From assembly GCF_009914755.1 (NCBI RefSeq), contig NC_060933.1: a stretch of 64,000 nt of DNA. The stretch is one strand, 5' to 3'. Shown here piece by piece: positions 17,851-31,865 of this stretch. The position numbers and the translations under genes were made by a program. How positions within the stretch are numbered: the first letter of the stretch is position 1; each line of letters begins with the position of its first letter. Origin of the DNA: the human T2T-CHM13v2.0 reference genome, Homo sapiens. The notes beneath the pieces were generated by a model. The model saw only the letters and a program-made list of their open reading frames with translations. It ran no database searches and was not told where the DNA came from.

Positions 17851-18106
17851 TCAAACAGTGTTTTACCCATGGAAGCACTCATACATTTGCTTTTACTTTC
17901 TATGTGTTTGATTTTGACATAAGAATGATGCAGTTCCATGAAATGAGTTAAACAATTTTTGCTTCTTCTGTGACCTGGAACCACTTACGCAGCCTGGGAA
18001 TACATACTTCTACCATGATAGAATTCTAATAATAATTCTAGAACATTTGAAAGAGCACTGTCATAAAACTTTCTTGGCCCAGACCTTTATTCTCTGAAGG
18101 TATTAG

Positions 18107-18479
<373 letters not shown>

Positions 18480-21400
18480 CTAAAATCACTGTTTTAGCAG
18501 ATACTGTTAGTTGCCTACCCAAATTTCTCTTTCTTGTTGGCTGATTGGCTTCAGAGCTCACCCTTTTCTGTGATACCCATGTGCTCAGCGAATACACCTG
18601 TCTTAGCCTTTGGTGAAGGACTGCATGCTACAGATTCATTTGGGGGTATGGCCTCCTGGAGCAGACACGGGATGGGGGGTGGGGTAAGTCTCCCGTGAGA
18701 CAGGTTCTGGGAAGCCTTACACCCGGTCTTGGGACCATCACTCCAGGGGAAGAAAGTGGGAAAAATTTATCCACCGGCTTGTGCTCCTGTTAGTCCAGGT
18801 GTCCCCCGTGGGGTAGGAACTCCCCGTTGCTTTTGGGTGGCTCATGCCTGGGCACTGAGTGGTGTCTGGTATTATATCCAGGCCCTCGCTGCACAGATAC
18901 ATCAGAGTGGGGAGGCAGGAAGCTGCACAGGGTCAAGCTGGCCTGGTGAAGGATCTGCAGAGAGTTGAGCCCTTAGGGGCCCCTGGATCAGCAGCCCAGG
19001 GAGGGTGCCTGAGTGTCACCCCACACAGCGACCCTATCGCCCACCCCAGAAACAGGATCATCCCTGCTTTAAGCCAATCACCGTGCCTCTGTTCTTTTCT
19101 CTGACTGGTAGGGAAGGGCCACGAGGGAGATGCTGCTGGTTTGGGTATGGAGGGGGTTTTCTGAGAAAGGAAAGGCCCTCAGCTCTTGAAACAATTGTAA
19201 AAGCTCAGAAAGACCCAGTGCTCTTCCGCCCCAGGATGTAGGTGTGCAGGATGTGATGCCCGGGGCTGCCACTGTACCCAGGCCACCAGCGCAGGTGAAC
19301 GAGAAGAACCAAGGCTTTAGAGGCGTGGGTGAGCTGCTGGCCCAATCCACCCTGCAGCCACTGGACCCGAGCCCTCCTGAGACCTAGGCTCCTCGCAGTA
19401 CTGGCCCTCAGTGAGCACTCTGTTACCTGTAGACAGAGCCTCCTGGTTGCCAAGAATAGGGCTCCTTCTCATGCAAACCCCTGGCAGAATCGCCAGCCCC
19501 TGTCTACTGAGTGTGACATCCCAACCCCCTTCCTCCAACTACTCCACCGCCTTCGGAATTCCGGGCCCTATCCGTGGGCTGCTTGTCCAGCCTCCTTTCC
19601 CCCAGGGAGCTCATCTCCAGCTCCTGGCTGTTGGCTCTCGGGAGCCCAGACAGACAGGGCACTCTGGGAGAAGCGGGGCTGCAGGGCTGCCTGTGAACCT
19701 CTCTCCCCGCCTGCTCACTCAGGCCATTTCCTGCTCCACGTTTCAGCTCCAGACCCGGCCGCCTTTATGAGCTTCGTGCAGCTTGCACATGTGGGTTTCC
19801 ACGCGCACGGGTGCCAAGGCTGGCTCCTCTGCCTGATGCTTGGACCATCTGCACTGGAGCCCACAGGCCGGGCCGGAACCTCCTTGGCTTCCTCCAGCTC
19901 CTCTCTTGGTTCTCTTGCCAGAGAAAGGATTTGATGTTTTCCATTTCCTAAGACCCATCAGCATGTGTTTGTCTAAGGCTCTTTCACTTCCCTTCTGCAG
20001 GACTCTGGGACGTGCCTTGCCTGCTGGTTCCCTCTCTGGTGACCAGGGTGGACATGAGGCTGCGGGAGGCCCATGGAGGGACCACGCCCATTGCCCACCT
20101 TGTTCAGAGTGACAGCTGAACTGGGACAGTCTTGCAGAAGGGAGGGCCCTGGCCGCTTTGCTGAGGGAGGTGGGAGTCAGATGGGACTTGAGGGGTGGGT
20201 TCTCATTCCTGGAAGGGTAGCCCAGCTTCCTAGAGAAGGGTGTGGGGAAGAAAAATATGCAAAATGCTGTGCCGTGAGGAGGCAGCAATCTTGGGGCAGC
20301 GAGGCCGAGTGAGAGGCTGGCCCCATGCTCTAGCTTCTATGCCTGCTCCTCTGTGTGGACATTTACCCCAGGGGAGTGGTGGGGTGTGCTCTCCAGCTAT
20401 GCTGTGTCTCATGCCTCTATCCCCCCAGGGGGGCTGCTCTTCCCACCTGCACTGCAGGCATGTGGCGGTGGGACTGCACCGGCCCTCCAGGCAGCCTCAG
20501 GGGTGGGTCCAGACCCAGCCCCTGTTCCCAAGGTGCCCTTCTCCACCCTGGTAGGCTCTAATGATCCATTCTCGTGTCTCTCTCCTCAACCAGACTCGGG
20601 GCTTCTGGCAGGTGGAGGCTGCACCGTGCCATCTTGGAATCCCCAGGGCACGTGGTCAGCCCGGTAAACTGCAGGAGTGACCTGTGAAGACTGGCAGGGG
20701 CTCTATGACAGGCTACACCAGGGTCAGAGAGGACGAGGACATGAGTTCCAGGCAGAGGCTCGGGGGCTTAGTGCTGAGAGGATGGGGTCCCGGAGGCTGT
20801 GCAGGGACATGGGGGTGACAGCTCACACCCTCCCCCACACCCATGTGTGGCGATCATTTCTATCCATCACAGAAGCAGTCTGCTTGGATGGGACACGGCC
20901 ACATTCTGAGTCTCCCAGCTGGTGAGGGGATCTCAGGGTGGTCTCCCTTCATATTGCTCAGCTGAGGGTCTCCTACCTATGAACAGCAGCTTCCTGCCTG
21001 AGCCCTTGTTGTGTGGGGGGTGGAGGGAATGTGTCATCTGGAGAGATAGACTATCACATTGGGCTTTCCGCTTCTGATCTCACCAGGATTAGAAAAAGTG
21101 CTGCTTTATGAAGACCAGACCTGGCTCTAATCCTTCCCAGGAGAGAAGAGAGGAGGCCAAGAGGAGGCAGACCCGGGAGAAGTGGCCTGTGCCACTCAGC
21201 AGTAGGGTGCCTGCCCGTGGGGCCCTCAGTGCATGGCCCAGCAAGAGCCTGAGTTGCTTCTGCTGAGGTCTGGGGCCACCTGCATCTGCAGGCTCAGGAA
21301 GGACACGTGGGTGATCAGATGGAAGCCAGGGCTTGAGCCTGGGGTTGTCTGAGCCTAAGCCCCACCGCTGCCCCCTGTGCCATCAACTTCCTGAGGATAA

Positions 21401-23021
21401 TATCCTCTCCAGCACTGTGGGCCGATGGGAGAAGGACCCGGTGCAGGGTTGGCTGGTGATACTGTGTTTGAGACCCAGGCCCATCTAGTCCAATGTACCC
21501 TTTATGGTTGGGGTAACTGGGGCCCAGAGACACTGATGGATGCTCCCAGGGTTTCCCGGCCAGCTGGCCACTGGGAGGTACCTGGCCAGGCCTCCGGTCC
21601 AGGCTGCACCAACACCTGGCATCTGGCCTGGGTTCCCATTGCCCCCAGGCCCCTCTGGGATGACCCATGCTGGGGGTATTGGCTGCGTCTTCATGGCAGG
21701 TCTAGCTTTTAGCCTGACAGGGGATCCTGGGCGAGAGGCCCCATGCCCCTGTAGGGTCACAGTGCTGGGAGGATCCAGAACAGGCCCCTGCTTGCATCTC
21801 GGGGTGGGCGTGTGGCTGCGGAACTGTGGCACATCAGGGGGCAGCGCCTGGTCCTTGCCCAGAGAGAAACACACACAGTGGGGCTGGGCCAGGACATCTG
21901 GCCTCCACTCGAGTGCCTGCGACGGGCCTGGCTCGACCAGCTGAGCTCGCGGAGGCTGCCCTCATGTCCTCCCTGAGGCTGGCTGTGCCCTACTCACCCA
22001 CATGACGGCCAGGCCCCACCCTTGCCCGCAGCCGACGTGTCCTGGCCTCTGGCAAAGCCCAGGCCACTGCCTTGCTGGGATCCTAATTGTGTCTCTGCCT
22101 CAGCAACCCGATGGAGAGTCCAGCAATTTTGGTTCTTGGCTTCGTCTCCACTGACCTACAAGTACCCGTTTGGAAGGAGAATTTATGGGTGGGCATGAAA
22201 TTGCCGTCTTGAGAAGGTTTGGGTAGAGCTATAAATAGGGCAGCCTGGTCCCTGGGGGTAGACTCCTCTCGGGGAGAAGGTGTCCCAGGCCAGCTGTGTG
22301 TGCTGGGGCCGACCACACAGCTGCTGAGACAGGCCCTGGAGGAACCCCGTGCCCCCGACAATGGAGTTATCTTTCCTCCTGCCAGATACATGGAGTGGCC
22401 AGGTTCTGATAAGCCACCTGCCCTGGGCTTTTCCTGACCCTGCTGTCACATTCTGATGGCTTTCCCCCGCACTGGGATTAACTCGGGGCAGTGACTAATC
22501 CAGCTCTTTCCTGCTAATGTCAATCTCTTTCCCCTCCTCACCAGACACTCTCCACTCTGGCCAGGAAGAGATCCGGAGCTTCAAGTGTGCCCCAGGTCAG
22601 AGGCCGACTGGGCTGGCCCCTTCCAGGGTCCGGGTGTGTGATCCAAGGTGGGAGGGGGCAGCAGGGTACAGGTGTAGGGTCGGGGCAGCTGGACGCCCGT
22701 CAAGGGTACCACTTATGGCTCATGCCTCTGGACGATCCCACTGACGCATGGGCAGAAGGAGAGGCTTGCGCTACCACAGGGGCCACCAGCCAAATTTGCC
22801 CCAACGCTTGTGCCTGTGCGGCCAAAGTATGTCCTGGCTAACCCTTTACAGAGAGAGTTTCTGATGTTTCCAGATCAAGGGTCTGAACTTTTAAGGGTGT
22901 GGGCCCTACGGCATCTGCTGAATGAGGGCCCCCCCAACCTCGGGAAGGGGCAGGTGCGGAGCATCCGCCCTGTGGCTGCCAGAAGGTCCAGTCCAGGACC
23001 CCCCCAGATCCATGCATATTC

Positions 23022-23232
23022 ATGGTCCTCAATCAAGGGCAATTTTGTCCCCCAGGGGACATGGGGCCATGTCTGGGGATGCTTTTGTATGGCACATGGC
23101 AGGGGGATGCTACCCACGTCTAGTGGGCCGAGGTCAGAGGTGCTGTTCCACACCCTGCAATGCACAGGGCGGCTCCCACGACAAAAAATGACTCGGCTCC
23201 ATTACAGTAGTGCTGAGGTTGAACAGCCTCGC
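23022..23232 (+). mobile_element. MER20-like hAT-Charlie DNA transposon
   Basis: gggcaattttgtcccccaggggacat...atgtctgggga...caccctgcaatgcacagggcggctccc...gtagtgctgaggttgaa. Confidence 0.75.
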
Positions 23233-23809
23233 TCTAAATTAACACGATTCTTGCCTGTGTGTGAGTCATCGGGGTAGACCTGCTGCAGAGATGGGGGGAC
23301 GCAGCTGGACCCGGTGGGATTGAGTGTGTGGCCAGGAGGAGAGCTGCCCCCTGGCAGGCCGGTTGCACAGGGGCACCTGGGTCTGTGTGTTCAGCTGGAT
23401 TCAGGGTAGTTCTGCATCGGTCTGAGAGCCCTGAGCCTTTTGGGGTACCCCTCAGGGCACCCATGTGCCAGGCTCCACACCCCACATTGAGGAGCAGGGG
23501 CTACACAGAAAAAGCTGGCTTGAGCTTTTAATTCATTTTAATGACAATTCTGGACAAAAATCACACCAGTGACAGCAGACAAGGCCCTTGGTGATTAGCA
23601 GCCCAGCTGCCCACCATTGCCTTCCATGCCTCTCCATCTTCTGATGACCCACACACAACCTCCTGGGAGGTGCAACTCCCTGGAAGGCACAACACCCTGG
23701 AAGGGGCAATTCCCCGAAGGGGGCAATTCCCTAGAAGGGGCTTGTGTGCTTTGTTCAACGTTTGAGCTTCCAGGCATCGTTTAATCCTTCCAGCCTCATT
23801 CAGCACAGG

Positions 23810-24260
23810 TACTTCTCCCCCGCAAAGCCCTCTTTCTTCCCTCCCTCCTTTCCTGACCTCCATCCTTCTCTCCCTCCTTTCCATCATTCCTTCCTCCTCT
23901 CCATCCTCCTCTTCCTCCTTCTCCCATTCCTTTCCTCCTTCCTTTCTTGCCCCTTCCCCCCTGCCTTCCTCCCTGCCTCCATCCCTGTCTCTTTCCTCCC
24001 CCCTCCTCTTTCTCTTCTCTTTCCCTCCTCTGTCTGCCCTTCTCTCCCTGCCTTCCTCCCTGCCTCCATCCCTGTCTCCTTCCTTCCCCCTCCCCCCTCC
24101 TCCCTCCTCTTTCTCTTCTTTCCCTCCTCTCTCTGCCCCTCTCTCCCTGCCTTCCTCCCTGCCTCCATCCCTGTCTCCTTCCTTCCCCCTCCCCCCTCCT
24201 CCCTCCTCTTTCTCTTCTTTCCCTCCTCTCTCTGCCCCTCTCTCCCAGCCTTCCTCTTGC
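23810..24260. repeat. Polypyrimidine tract with 87/99/99-bp internal tandem units
   Basis: gccttcctccctgcctccatccctgtct recurs at ~23963, 24050 and 24149. Confidence 0.9.
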
Positions 24261-25414
24261 TCCCACAGGATTCATCACAGCCTCTCTGGCATGCACACCG
24301 CTTTGTATGGGCTTTGTACAGGGCATCTCTGGTGCTGCAGCCAGCTGCTGACAAGGGTGTCATTGCCACCAAACTGGAACTCCACAAAGGCGGGGTCTGT
24401 GCTTTGTCCCCCTTTGTCACTGCAGTGCTAGCGGCCAAGCTGGCCAGAGCTGGTGCACTTCGGAGATCTGGTGACTGAATGGAGACATGGAACCATCCAG
24501 CATGGCGTGGCATCTGCTTACAGTCATGTGAAGGGCTGGCTTGGGACTGCAGACCGCCTTGGGCCTGAGTTAACTGGAAAAGTTCTTTGGCAATGGTGGC
24601 CTGGGAGGATGAGCAGGGCTGCAGGAAGAGGCTCTGCAGGTTGCAGAACTGCCACGGCGGCCACACAGTCCAACAGACGCACGTTCAGAGCCCTCCTCTG
24701 GGCCGCACTGATGAATTTTCCAGAACTCAAGTGAATCCAGAGATGACTGCGGCTCTGAATGAACAGAAAGAAGCATCAGTCCTGTAGAAACCCGGGGCCA
24801 GGCTGGAGCCAGCCCTACATGATTCATTTGCAAGAAACGGGCTCTTGGCTCCCTCGCCAGTTCCCTCTATTTGGAAGTCACTTCCATTCAAATGTTCTGG
24901 AGCGCCAGGATGGTTTTCGGTGGACTGGGCTAGCACACGGGGTCTATGACAGGTCCTGTGTTCCGGCGCCTCTGGGCTTCACACTGAAACACCCAGCCCT
25001 ACCATGCTGTGTGTCCAGAATGCAGCACACTGTAATTTGGGGAGACCAAGGAGTCAAGGGTGCCAGTCCCTGTCCCCTGGCAGGCATGGGGGCCGAGGCT
25101 TCTCATAAGAGGAGCAAACGTCCTCCCCTCCACCCCTGCCTAATGGGCAGCTCCTTCCCTGGCTGTGGGGCCTCGGCAGGTTGCTGGGCCTCAGTTGTGT
25201 TTTCCGTCAAGGTGCCTCTCGGTTCCGCGTGTCACTCAGCGGAAGCAGCTGTCAGAGTGGTGGGCGTGGCTCCGCGCCTGGTCCTGGCACTCTGGGGAAC
25301 ATCACCAGGACTCCACTGAGTAGAATCTGTAGAGGGCAGTGCAGGGGTCTGCAGTTTTGGCCAGTGTCCCGGCTGACTGTGGGTCCCCCAAGGTTCCGGA
25401 CAGATGCCATCCGA

Positions 25415-25620
25415 CGTCCAACAGAACTCTGCACCAATGGAAACATCCTATATGTGGGCGGGGTGATTGGTAACCACTACGCACATGTGGCCATTGACAC
25501 TTGAAATGCGGCTCGTGTGACAGAAAAACTGAATTTAAATGTTGCTTAATTGTAATGACTTTTAAGTGAATATTTAAGTAACCACGTCTGGCCACCGGCT
25601 ATCACATCGCACAGCGCAGT
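25415..25620. mobile_element. MER3-like hAT-Charlie DNA transposon
   Basis: gtccaacagaactctgcaccaatggaaacatccta...cacatgtggccattgacacttgaaatgcggct...gaatttaaat. Confidence 0.7.
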
Positions 25621-28049
25621 TGCATAACGGCCGAGCTGGCAAAGCCCCTGGTCTCAGGCAGCACTGAATGAGGGTCAGGTCTACATTTGACAGCTGAGAT
25701 TCGCAGAGCTGTTCCATGCCCGGCACGGGAGACACTCACAGCGTGACTTGCCCAGGGAGGAGGAGCTGAAGTTCAGAGGGGATAAGTAAATTGCCCAAGG
25801 TCACATGACTGGCCAGGACTGACGTGCAAGGGTTTGTTCATTGGTCTCTCAGGCTGTTTGCTGACCCCCACTGCAGTGTAGGAAGAATATAGTCAGCTTC
25901 TGCTCTATTTTATGTGTGGGCATTCAAATTCTCCGAGATTCTTTCTTCAGAACAGAAAACAAAAATTCAGCTTTTGTAAGAAGAAATGGGACAATCCACC
26001 AGCCATCTGGTCTGCCTCTTGCAGCATCTATGTGCAAGGGGACTTGTAGATGTTCCAGAAGCCACCAGGACATTCCGGCAGCCCATAGCAGCCACCACAT
26101 TGCCTCAGAAAGGCCAACACCATCCAAGCTTACCTTCTGGCACTCCGCTTAAACACTGCCCGACTGGGTGCCTCTTCCTGGGTCCTGCTCTCGCTTGCCC
26201 CAGCCTCTGCAGCTCAGGGCCCACCATCTACCTGAAGTTCTGCACGCCAGCATGCCCCTGAGTCACCAGCTGGCCCTGCCAGTGGGGCTAGGGTGTGAGG
26301 CATGTCTGTTGACCTCCCCACACTCTGGTCATTGAAAACAGTCTCTCTGCAGAGGAGGGGAGCTGTCTCAGTCCCTCCAGACACCCACCCGCCAGCACCA
26401 TTGCTCATCACTGGGAGGGACTGAGTTTCCTGCAATTGAGTCATGCAGCCTGGAGGGTACAGTGGACGGGGCACAGCCTTTCTGGAGAGTAAGTCTCATT
26501 CCAAAGAGGAGGAGGGAAAGTAGGTCAGTCATTTGGATTTGGCAATGAATGGACCCCCAGGCCCTCCTGACTCTGCAGCAAATGCTTCCTCACACAGGCC
26601 CAGCAGCCCCTCAAATCCACACCTACATACATGTTTGAACAGAAGACTACATGTTCCTTCTTTAGCAAGAAGCCCAGTTTTCTCTGACCCCAAGTCAAGC
26701 CAATAAGAGGTCTAGGCTCAGGGGAGAGCTGGTTAGTTCCCTAAGCACTGAAGGTGTTAGGATGCAAAGGCAGAGACGGAACATGGCCGTGGACCTGGGA
26801 AGGCTTGGTCCAAACTCCGGCCTGGAGCTTTGCTCCCCGCAAGCTTCCAGCCTCACAGAATTCGCGTTCCCAGGACTGTGACAATTATAGACCGCAATTT
26901 GAGTCTTGAGTAACCACGCAGCGCCAGGCAGATGTGACACTCCACTTGCAGAATCTATTAACTGAACTACGCTATCATTTTTGAATGAGGAAAGTTGCCA
27001 TTCCACACGGGAACGAAGACGGAGGCGGTGGCCAGGAGCCCTGAGCTCTCCTCTCAGCCTCGCCCCACACAGCACCACGCTGGGCCCACCCGTGGCTTCT
27101 CTGTGCTGCGCTTACTTTCCTTGTGGGCCTGTCTGAAAGCACTGCGTAAACCAGAAACAACACGGAAGTGAAATACTTACATTCCCCAGATAAGACCCAA
27201 CCTTTTCCTGTGACATTAACTCACGATTCATCTTCAGGCACATGTGATCACTGACCCTGCCCCCAAAAGACTGTCAGTCAACCCAGTTTTAAATCTAGCC
27301 TTAATTGTTTTAATTTGTTTCAAAGGTAAACAAAACAAACAAAACAGCATGTTTTGTATCCAGGCTGTCCAGTGGCCAGTCTCAATGCAGGCCGACAGTT
27401 TGGCCATTTACCAAAGCAGCTCCAGACCCCATGCAGGCAGGGACAGCTTCCCCACTCAGCAAGCCTCAGCTGGGGGCTTTGATGAAGAAATCAGCCTCCT
27501 TTCAGGGGGAGTCGCTGAAAGTTAACACGACACCTCTGAGAGTCCTCCCAGTAGTTCTACGATTTGATGCGAACGTGGGCCTGGGACGTACTGATGGTCA
27601 GACATTGAATTCTCACCAGGCCTGTGTCAAGAGCTGGGCATGTATTCTCCTTTCCCTGGGAGGGCCTCTGGGTGACAGAAGCAGGGGCAGGGATAGGCAC
27701 CCTTCATAACTGGCCACAGCAGGGGCTTTGCAACGACAGTATCTCTGTACTCTTTAAGTGAGTGGAGTTTGGAGGGGTCCTCAGAAAAGAGAAATGGGCC
27801 TGGGAAGGGCCTTTGTGACCCCATGACATATGCGGAGTGAAAGCAAAACTGCTTCCCCGAACTTCCATGCAGCGATGTTCCCTCTCTTCTCCTGGCCCAT
27901 ATGGAATAATCCTGCTCCCCATGATGGCCATGCAAATATCTTCAGGCAGCTGTTTAGGAAAGACAGCTTCTTAAGAAGGCAGATGGCCACCCCACAGGAA
28001 ATCCGGGCTTTTAACATGGATAACGGGATGATTGAACTTCCCATCCTCC

Positions 28050-28215
28050 CCTGAGGGCCTGCCACATCACTGGGAGGGTGCAGGGAAGGAAACCCGAGTC
28101 CTCAGGAGGGAAGGCCAACGTCAGCTGGAGCCCGAGGGCCTGCCACATCACCGGGAGGGTGCAGACAAGGAACCCTGGGCCCCCAGGAGGGCAGGCCAAT
28201 ATCAGCAGGATCCCG
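28050..28215. repeat. Two diverged tandem copies of an 81-bp unit
   Basis: gagggcctgccacatcac at 28053 and 28134. Confidence 0.9.
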
Positions 28216-28689
28216 CTGGGGTGGAACCAGTGGGTGCTGCCGAGTGCTTAATGATTGCCTCACTCTTCAGAGAAAAGGCCTTAATTTGCTGCATCTGCCT
28301 ATTTCTGTGGTGTAAGCTCTCCGGCCGAGGCAGATTTTGACACAGACTTCGGAAGAGACATGCACTGTTGGCTGCAGCAAGCCGGAATACCTGGACCTCT
28401 CCTAAGGCTAGGAAGGTGGACCAACCTCAGGTGAAGCAGTGGGTCAGGGTCAAGGTGAGGCTGCCAGGGCCTCAAGGTCTACAGAGTAAAGGAGAAGGGC
28501 AGCTCGGGCAGCCTGGTCCAGCTGTGGGACTGTTACCAGCCTCTAGGCCCCTAAGTGTCTGAGGTTTGCACCCTGGCTGGGTCAGAAACACACACACAAC
28601 CAAGAGCCTCTCTGATCAGCTCTCCGCGTCCAGGCTGAAGCCTGATTGATATTAGCACGTGTGAATCCAGCTGCTTCTGCAGGCACTTA

Positions 28690-28790
28690 TTATCTCACAG
28701 AATCCTCATGACAACGCTTTGAGGTCCCCCAGTTTACAGATGAGGAAAACGAGGCACAGAGAGGCTAAGCACTTTGCCTAAGATACGTGA
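28690..28790 (-). mobile_element. MIR fragment
   Basis: cccagtttacagatgaggaaaacgaggcacagagaggctaag MIR core. Confidence 0.7.
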
Positions 28791-29774
28791 TCATCTTGCA
28801 GGAAGCATTTCTGCTCCTTTACCCTCCTCCTTACAAGGGAGGGAGAGGAGTCAGTGTCCTGCCCTGAGGTCAGCTCACAAAGAGGAGAATGACGTTGGGG
28901 GACAGTGGCATCAGATGCCTGAAGCAGAGGGCCAGTGAGCTGGAGGGTGACGTGCGGGACGGGGCGCAAGGCCAGGAGAGAGACGGGAGTTGCCCTGCTG
29001 CTGCTGAGGCCCCTTCTCCCTAGGATGCCCTCCCTCTTTCCCCATCCTTCCCTCCATCCCCACTGTCCCCAGATTTGCAGCTGTCCCACCTGGGGTGGAA
29101 GCCGGGCTGCTGCTGTTGAGACCTGCAGGAGTGGAAAATCTGCTGGTTCCCATTAAAACAAATCTCCTTGTTGACAAAAATAAAGAGAACCGAATCTCTG
29201 CCAGCATTTACTGTCTGCGAGTTGCTTTTATTCTCCCGCAAGGAGCTGGATCCCCGTGTTCCAAACTGGCACAGACCCACCAGCTTCAAAGCGGGGAAAA
29301 TTCCTCATCGGGCAGGGGCTTTGGCGGGGCGCCCTGGTGAATGGAAGTGCCTCTCCAGGGGGCAGCAGCCAGGAGATGCCCAGGCCCATGGTCTCATTAA
29401 CGGTGCACAACATTCTGCCTCATTTTCCTTGGCGCGAGGCGTGGGTTTTCCTAAGCCGAGAGGTGAGACGTGAACGCCGAGTGGAAGCCCATGGCACGCT
29501 TGGGCTGCACAGCCGGCACTTTCTGAGCTCAGGCAAGTGGGTGGGCGTGTCTGAGACGCCGACGATGGGTGGTCCGCTCACGGCGCAGGGTACCTGAGAC
29601 AGCTGCATCCTGGAGCAGAAAGACCGCGGCAGCTACTGTGCAGGGGAGAGTGGGGTGTTGACAGGCGGGTGGACGCCACGTCACCATCTCAGCCCTGGTG
29701 GGAACCCCGCCGGGCTCTTACAACATTGAGCTTTGGGTCTGTAGATGGGGAAGTGGGAAACCTACATTAAACAG

Positions 29775-30220
29775 CATGTTAGTGTCCTGCACAATATGCC
29801 ACAAACGAGGGGACTTCAAACAACACAAACGCACTCTCCCATAGTTCCAGAGGCCAGAGGCATGAAATCCGGACCTCAGCAGGGCTGCTGCCCTCCAGAG
29901 GCCCCCGGGGAGGCCTGCCAGCCTCCTCCAACTCCCAGTGGCTCCAAGTTTTCCTTGGCTTGTGGCCGCGTCGTTCCAGCCTCTGCCTCCTTCTTCACAC
30001 CAGCCCTCCTCTTCTCCCAGTGTTTCCGCTATGTGTCTCTTACGAGGACACTTATCATTGGATTTAAGACCTATCTGGATAACCCAGAATGATCTCATCT
30101 CAAGACCCTTAACTTACCTGCATCTGCAAAGACTCATTTTTCCAGATAAGGCCCCAGCCACAGTTTCCAGTTAGATGTGGACCTATTGTTTTGGGGGCCA
30201 CCCTTCAACCCACTCCACAC
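29775..30220 (-). mobile_element. MLT1 (B/C-like) LTR
   Basis: ccacaaac...cttcaaacaacac...tccttggcttgtggccgc...aggacacttatcattggatttaagacc...catctgcaaagac...ccttcaacccac. Confidence 0.8.
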
Positions 30221-31429
30221 GGTATTCAGTAGGATATGTCAGGTACATAGAAGGCAGAGACATGTAAGAAATTTCTCTTCCTAGGAATTTGCACAAGACT
30301 TGGGGCAAATAGTTCTTTCTCAAGGTTATTTAAGGAGAATGGATGCAAACAGCAACACAATTCTAATCAGCTATGGCTGTGCCTTCCGTTTGAACATCTA
30401 TGGGGCACACTAACCCTCTCCACACATTGTACTCAGAGACAGACACATGCGTCACCCTCATGTCAGTGGCCTCTGATTGGCTCTCACCTTCTGGCCATTC
30501 AGTGCAGCCCCACATGGACATGTGTGGCTGGAGGAGGGCACACAGCCGAGTGACCATCTCCACTGAAGCTCATGGTCACTCAAGTGAAGTAAGCGCGGCC
30601 CCCCTTCCCTGGCTGTTCCCTGGAGGACCATGCGCTGCCTTTCCTTCCCTTCCTGTTCACCCCCCACCCCGAGCCAAATAGAAGCAATCAGAAGAGAATG
30701 TCCATTCTCCCTCACCAGAAATTCGTGCCTCATGGCTGCCTCGGCTGATGCCGACGTGGGTTAGCCGCCTCTGTGCCCCTCGGGTGGGGGCTGCACGGGC
30801 TCCCGCCGCTCACCCTGTGTGTCACCCCCAGGCCCATTCCCCCGCAGCTCCTCTGCGGACCCCTGCCCAGCTCGCATTTCTGGCTGCAGAAGCCCGCAGT
30901 CCCCTGTGGCGTGGTGGGATTGCTCCTGCAGCTGGGGCAGTTGGGTCTGGGAGTCGCTGCCCCAGCGTTTGAATAACATCCTGGGCAGGGCCTGCCCTGC
31001 ATCCATGAGAATTCCCAGCCCTGTGCCTGGCAGGAAAACCCTGGCTCATGGGTGTGACCTGCTCCCTGTCTGGACTGGGTGGGCAGCCTGCCTGCTCCTG
31101 CCTCTGAGCCCATCCTCTTCTTCCAGGAGTCCAGCCCAGAGTGGCCACAGCAGACGTGTAGGCCTCCCTGGCTGGCACCCTGTCTCCAGCCTGTCTGGGG
31201 CTGGCCCAGGCCTGGTGCCTTCTTGGTCAGCCTCACTGGACAGGCATGGGAGAGATGCCGAGGGCCAAGTCCCTGGCCCAGTCGCACAGGGGTCTTGGCA
31301 CAGGTTGCTCGACCTGCCGCCTGGCACTTCCCGCCCCCAGCCCCTCCCCTGCTGGCGCTGTCCCAGCCCTTCCAGGTGCCCCATGCTGTGGGCCTGCCCA
31401 CTGAGCCCTGAGCTCAGAAGTCTGTGTGG

Positions 31430-31865
31430 GTGAGTCCTGTGGCCACCACAGGATGGAAGGAGCACAACCTCGAAGGCTAGAGACGGATCTCTTCCCTCAG
31501 CGCTGGAGCCTGGAGTCCGCAGCCAGGGCGTCGGCAGGGCTGCACCCCCAGAGGCTCCAGGGGAGCACCCTCCTGCCTTCTCCAGCTCTGGGGGCTCAGG
31601 TGCTCCTTGGCTTGTGGCCGCCATGCTCCAGACTCCACCTCTGTCTTCACATGGGTTTTCTCTTGGCTTTTAATCTCCTCTGCATCTCTCTTATAAGGAC
31701 ACTGGGGGTGGTGATTGGGGCCCATGAGGCAAACGCAGGAGGATGGCCTCATTTACAGTCCTTAACCTAATTGCACCTGCACAGACCCTTTTTCCAAATA
31801 AGATCATATCCAGGGGTTCGGGGCGTGAGTGTGGGCCTCTCTTCAGGAGCCACTCTTGGCCTGCC
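31430..31865 (-). mobile_element. MLT1 (A/B/C-like) LTR
   Basis: ccttggcttgtggcc...tctcttataaggacact...atttacagtccttaacctaattgcacctgcacagaccctttttccaaataag. Confidence 0.75.

Noticed and set aside
23744-24666. P/S/L-rich and G/R/E-rich ORFs of 134-260 aa
   Set aside because: Derived from the polypyrimidine tandem repeat.
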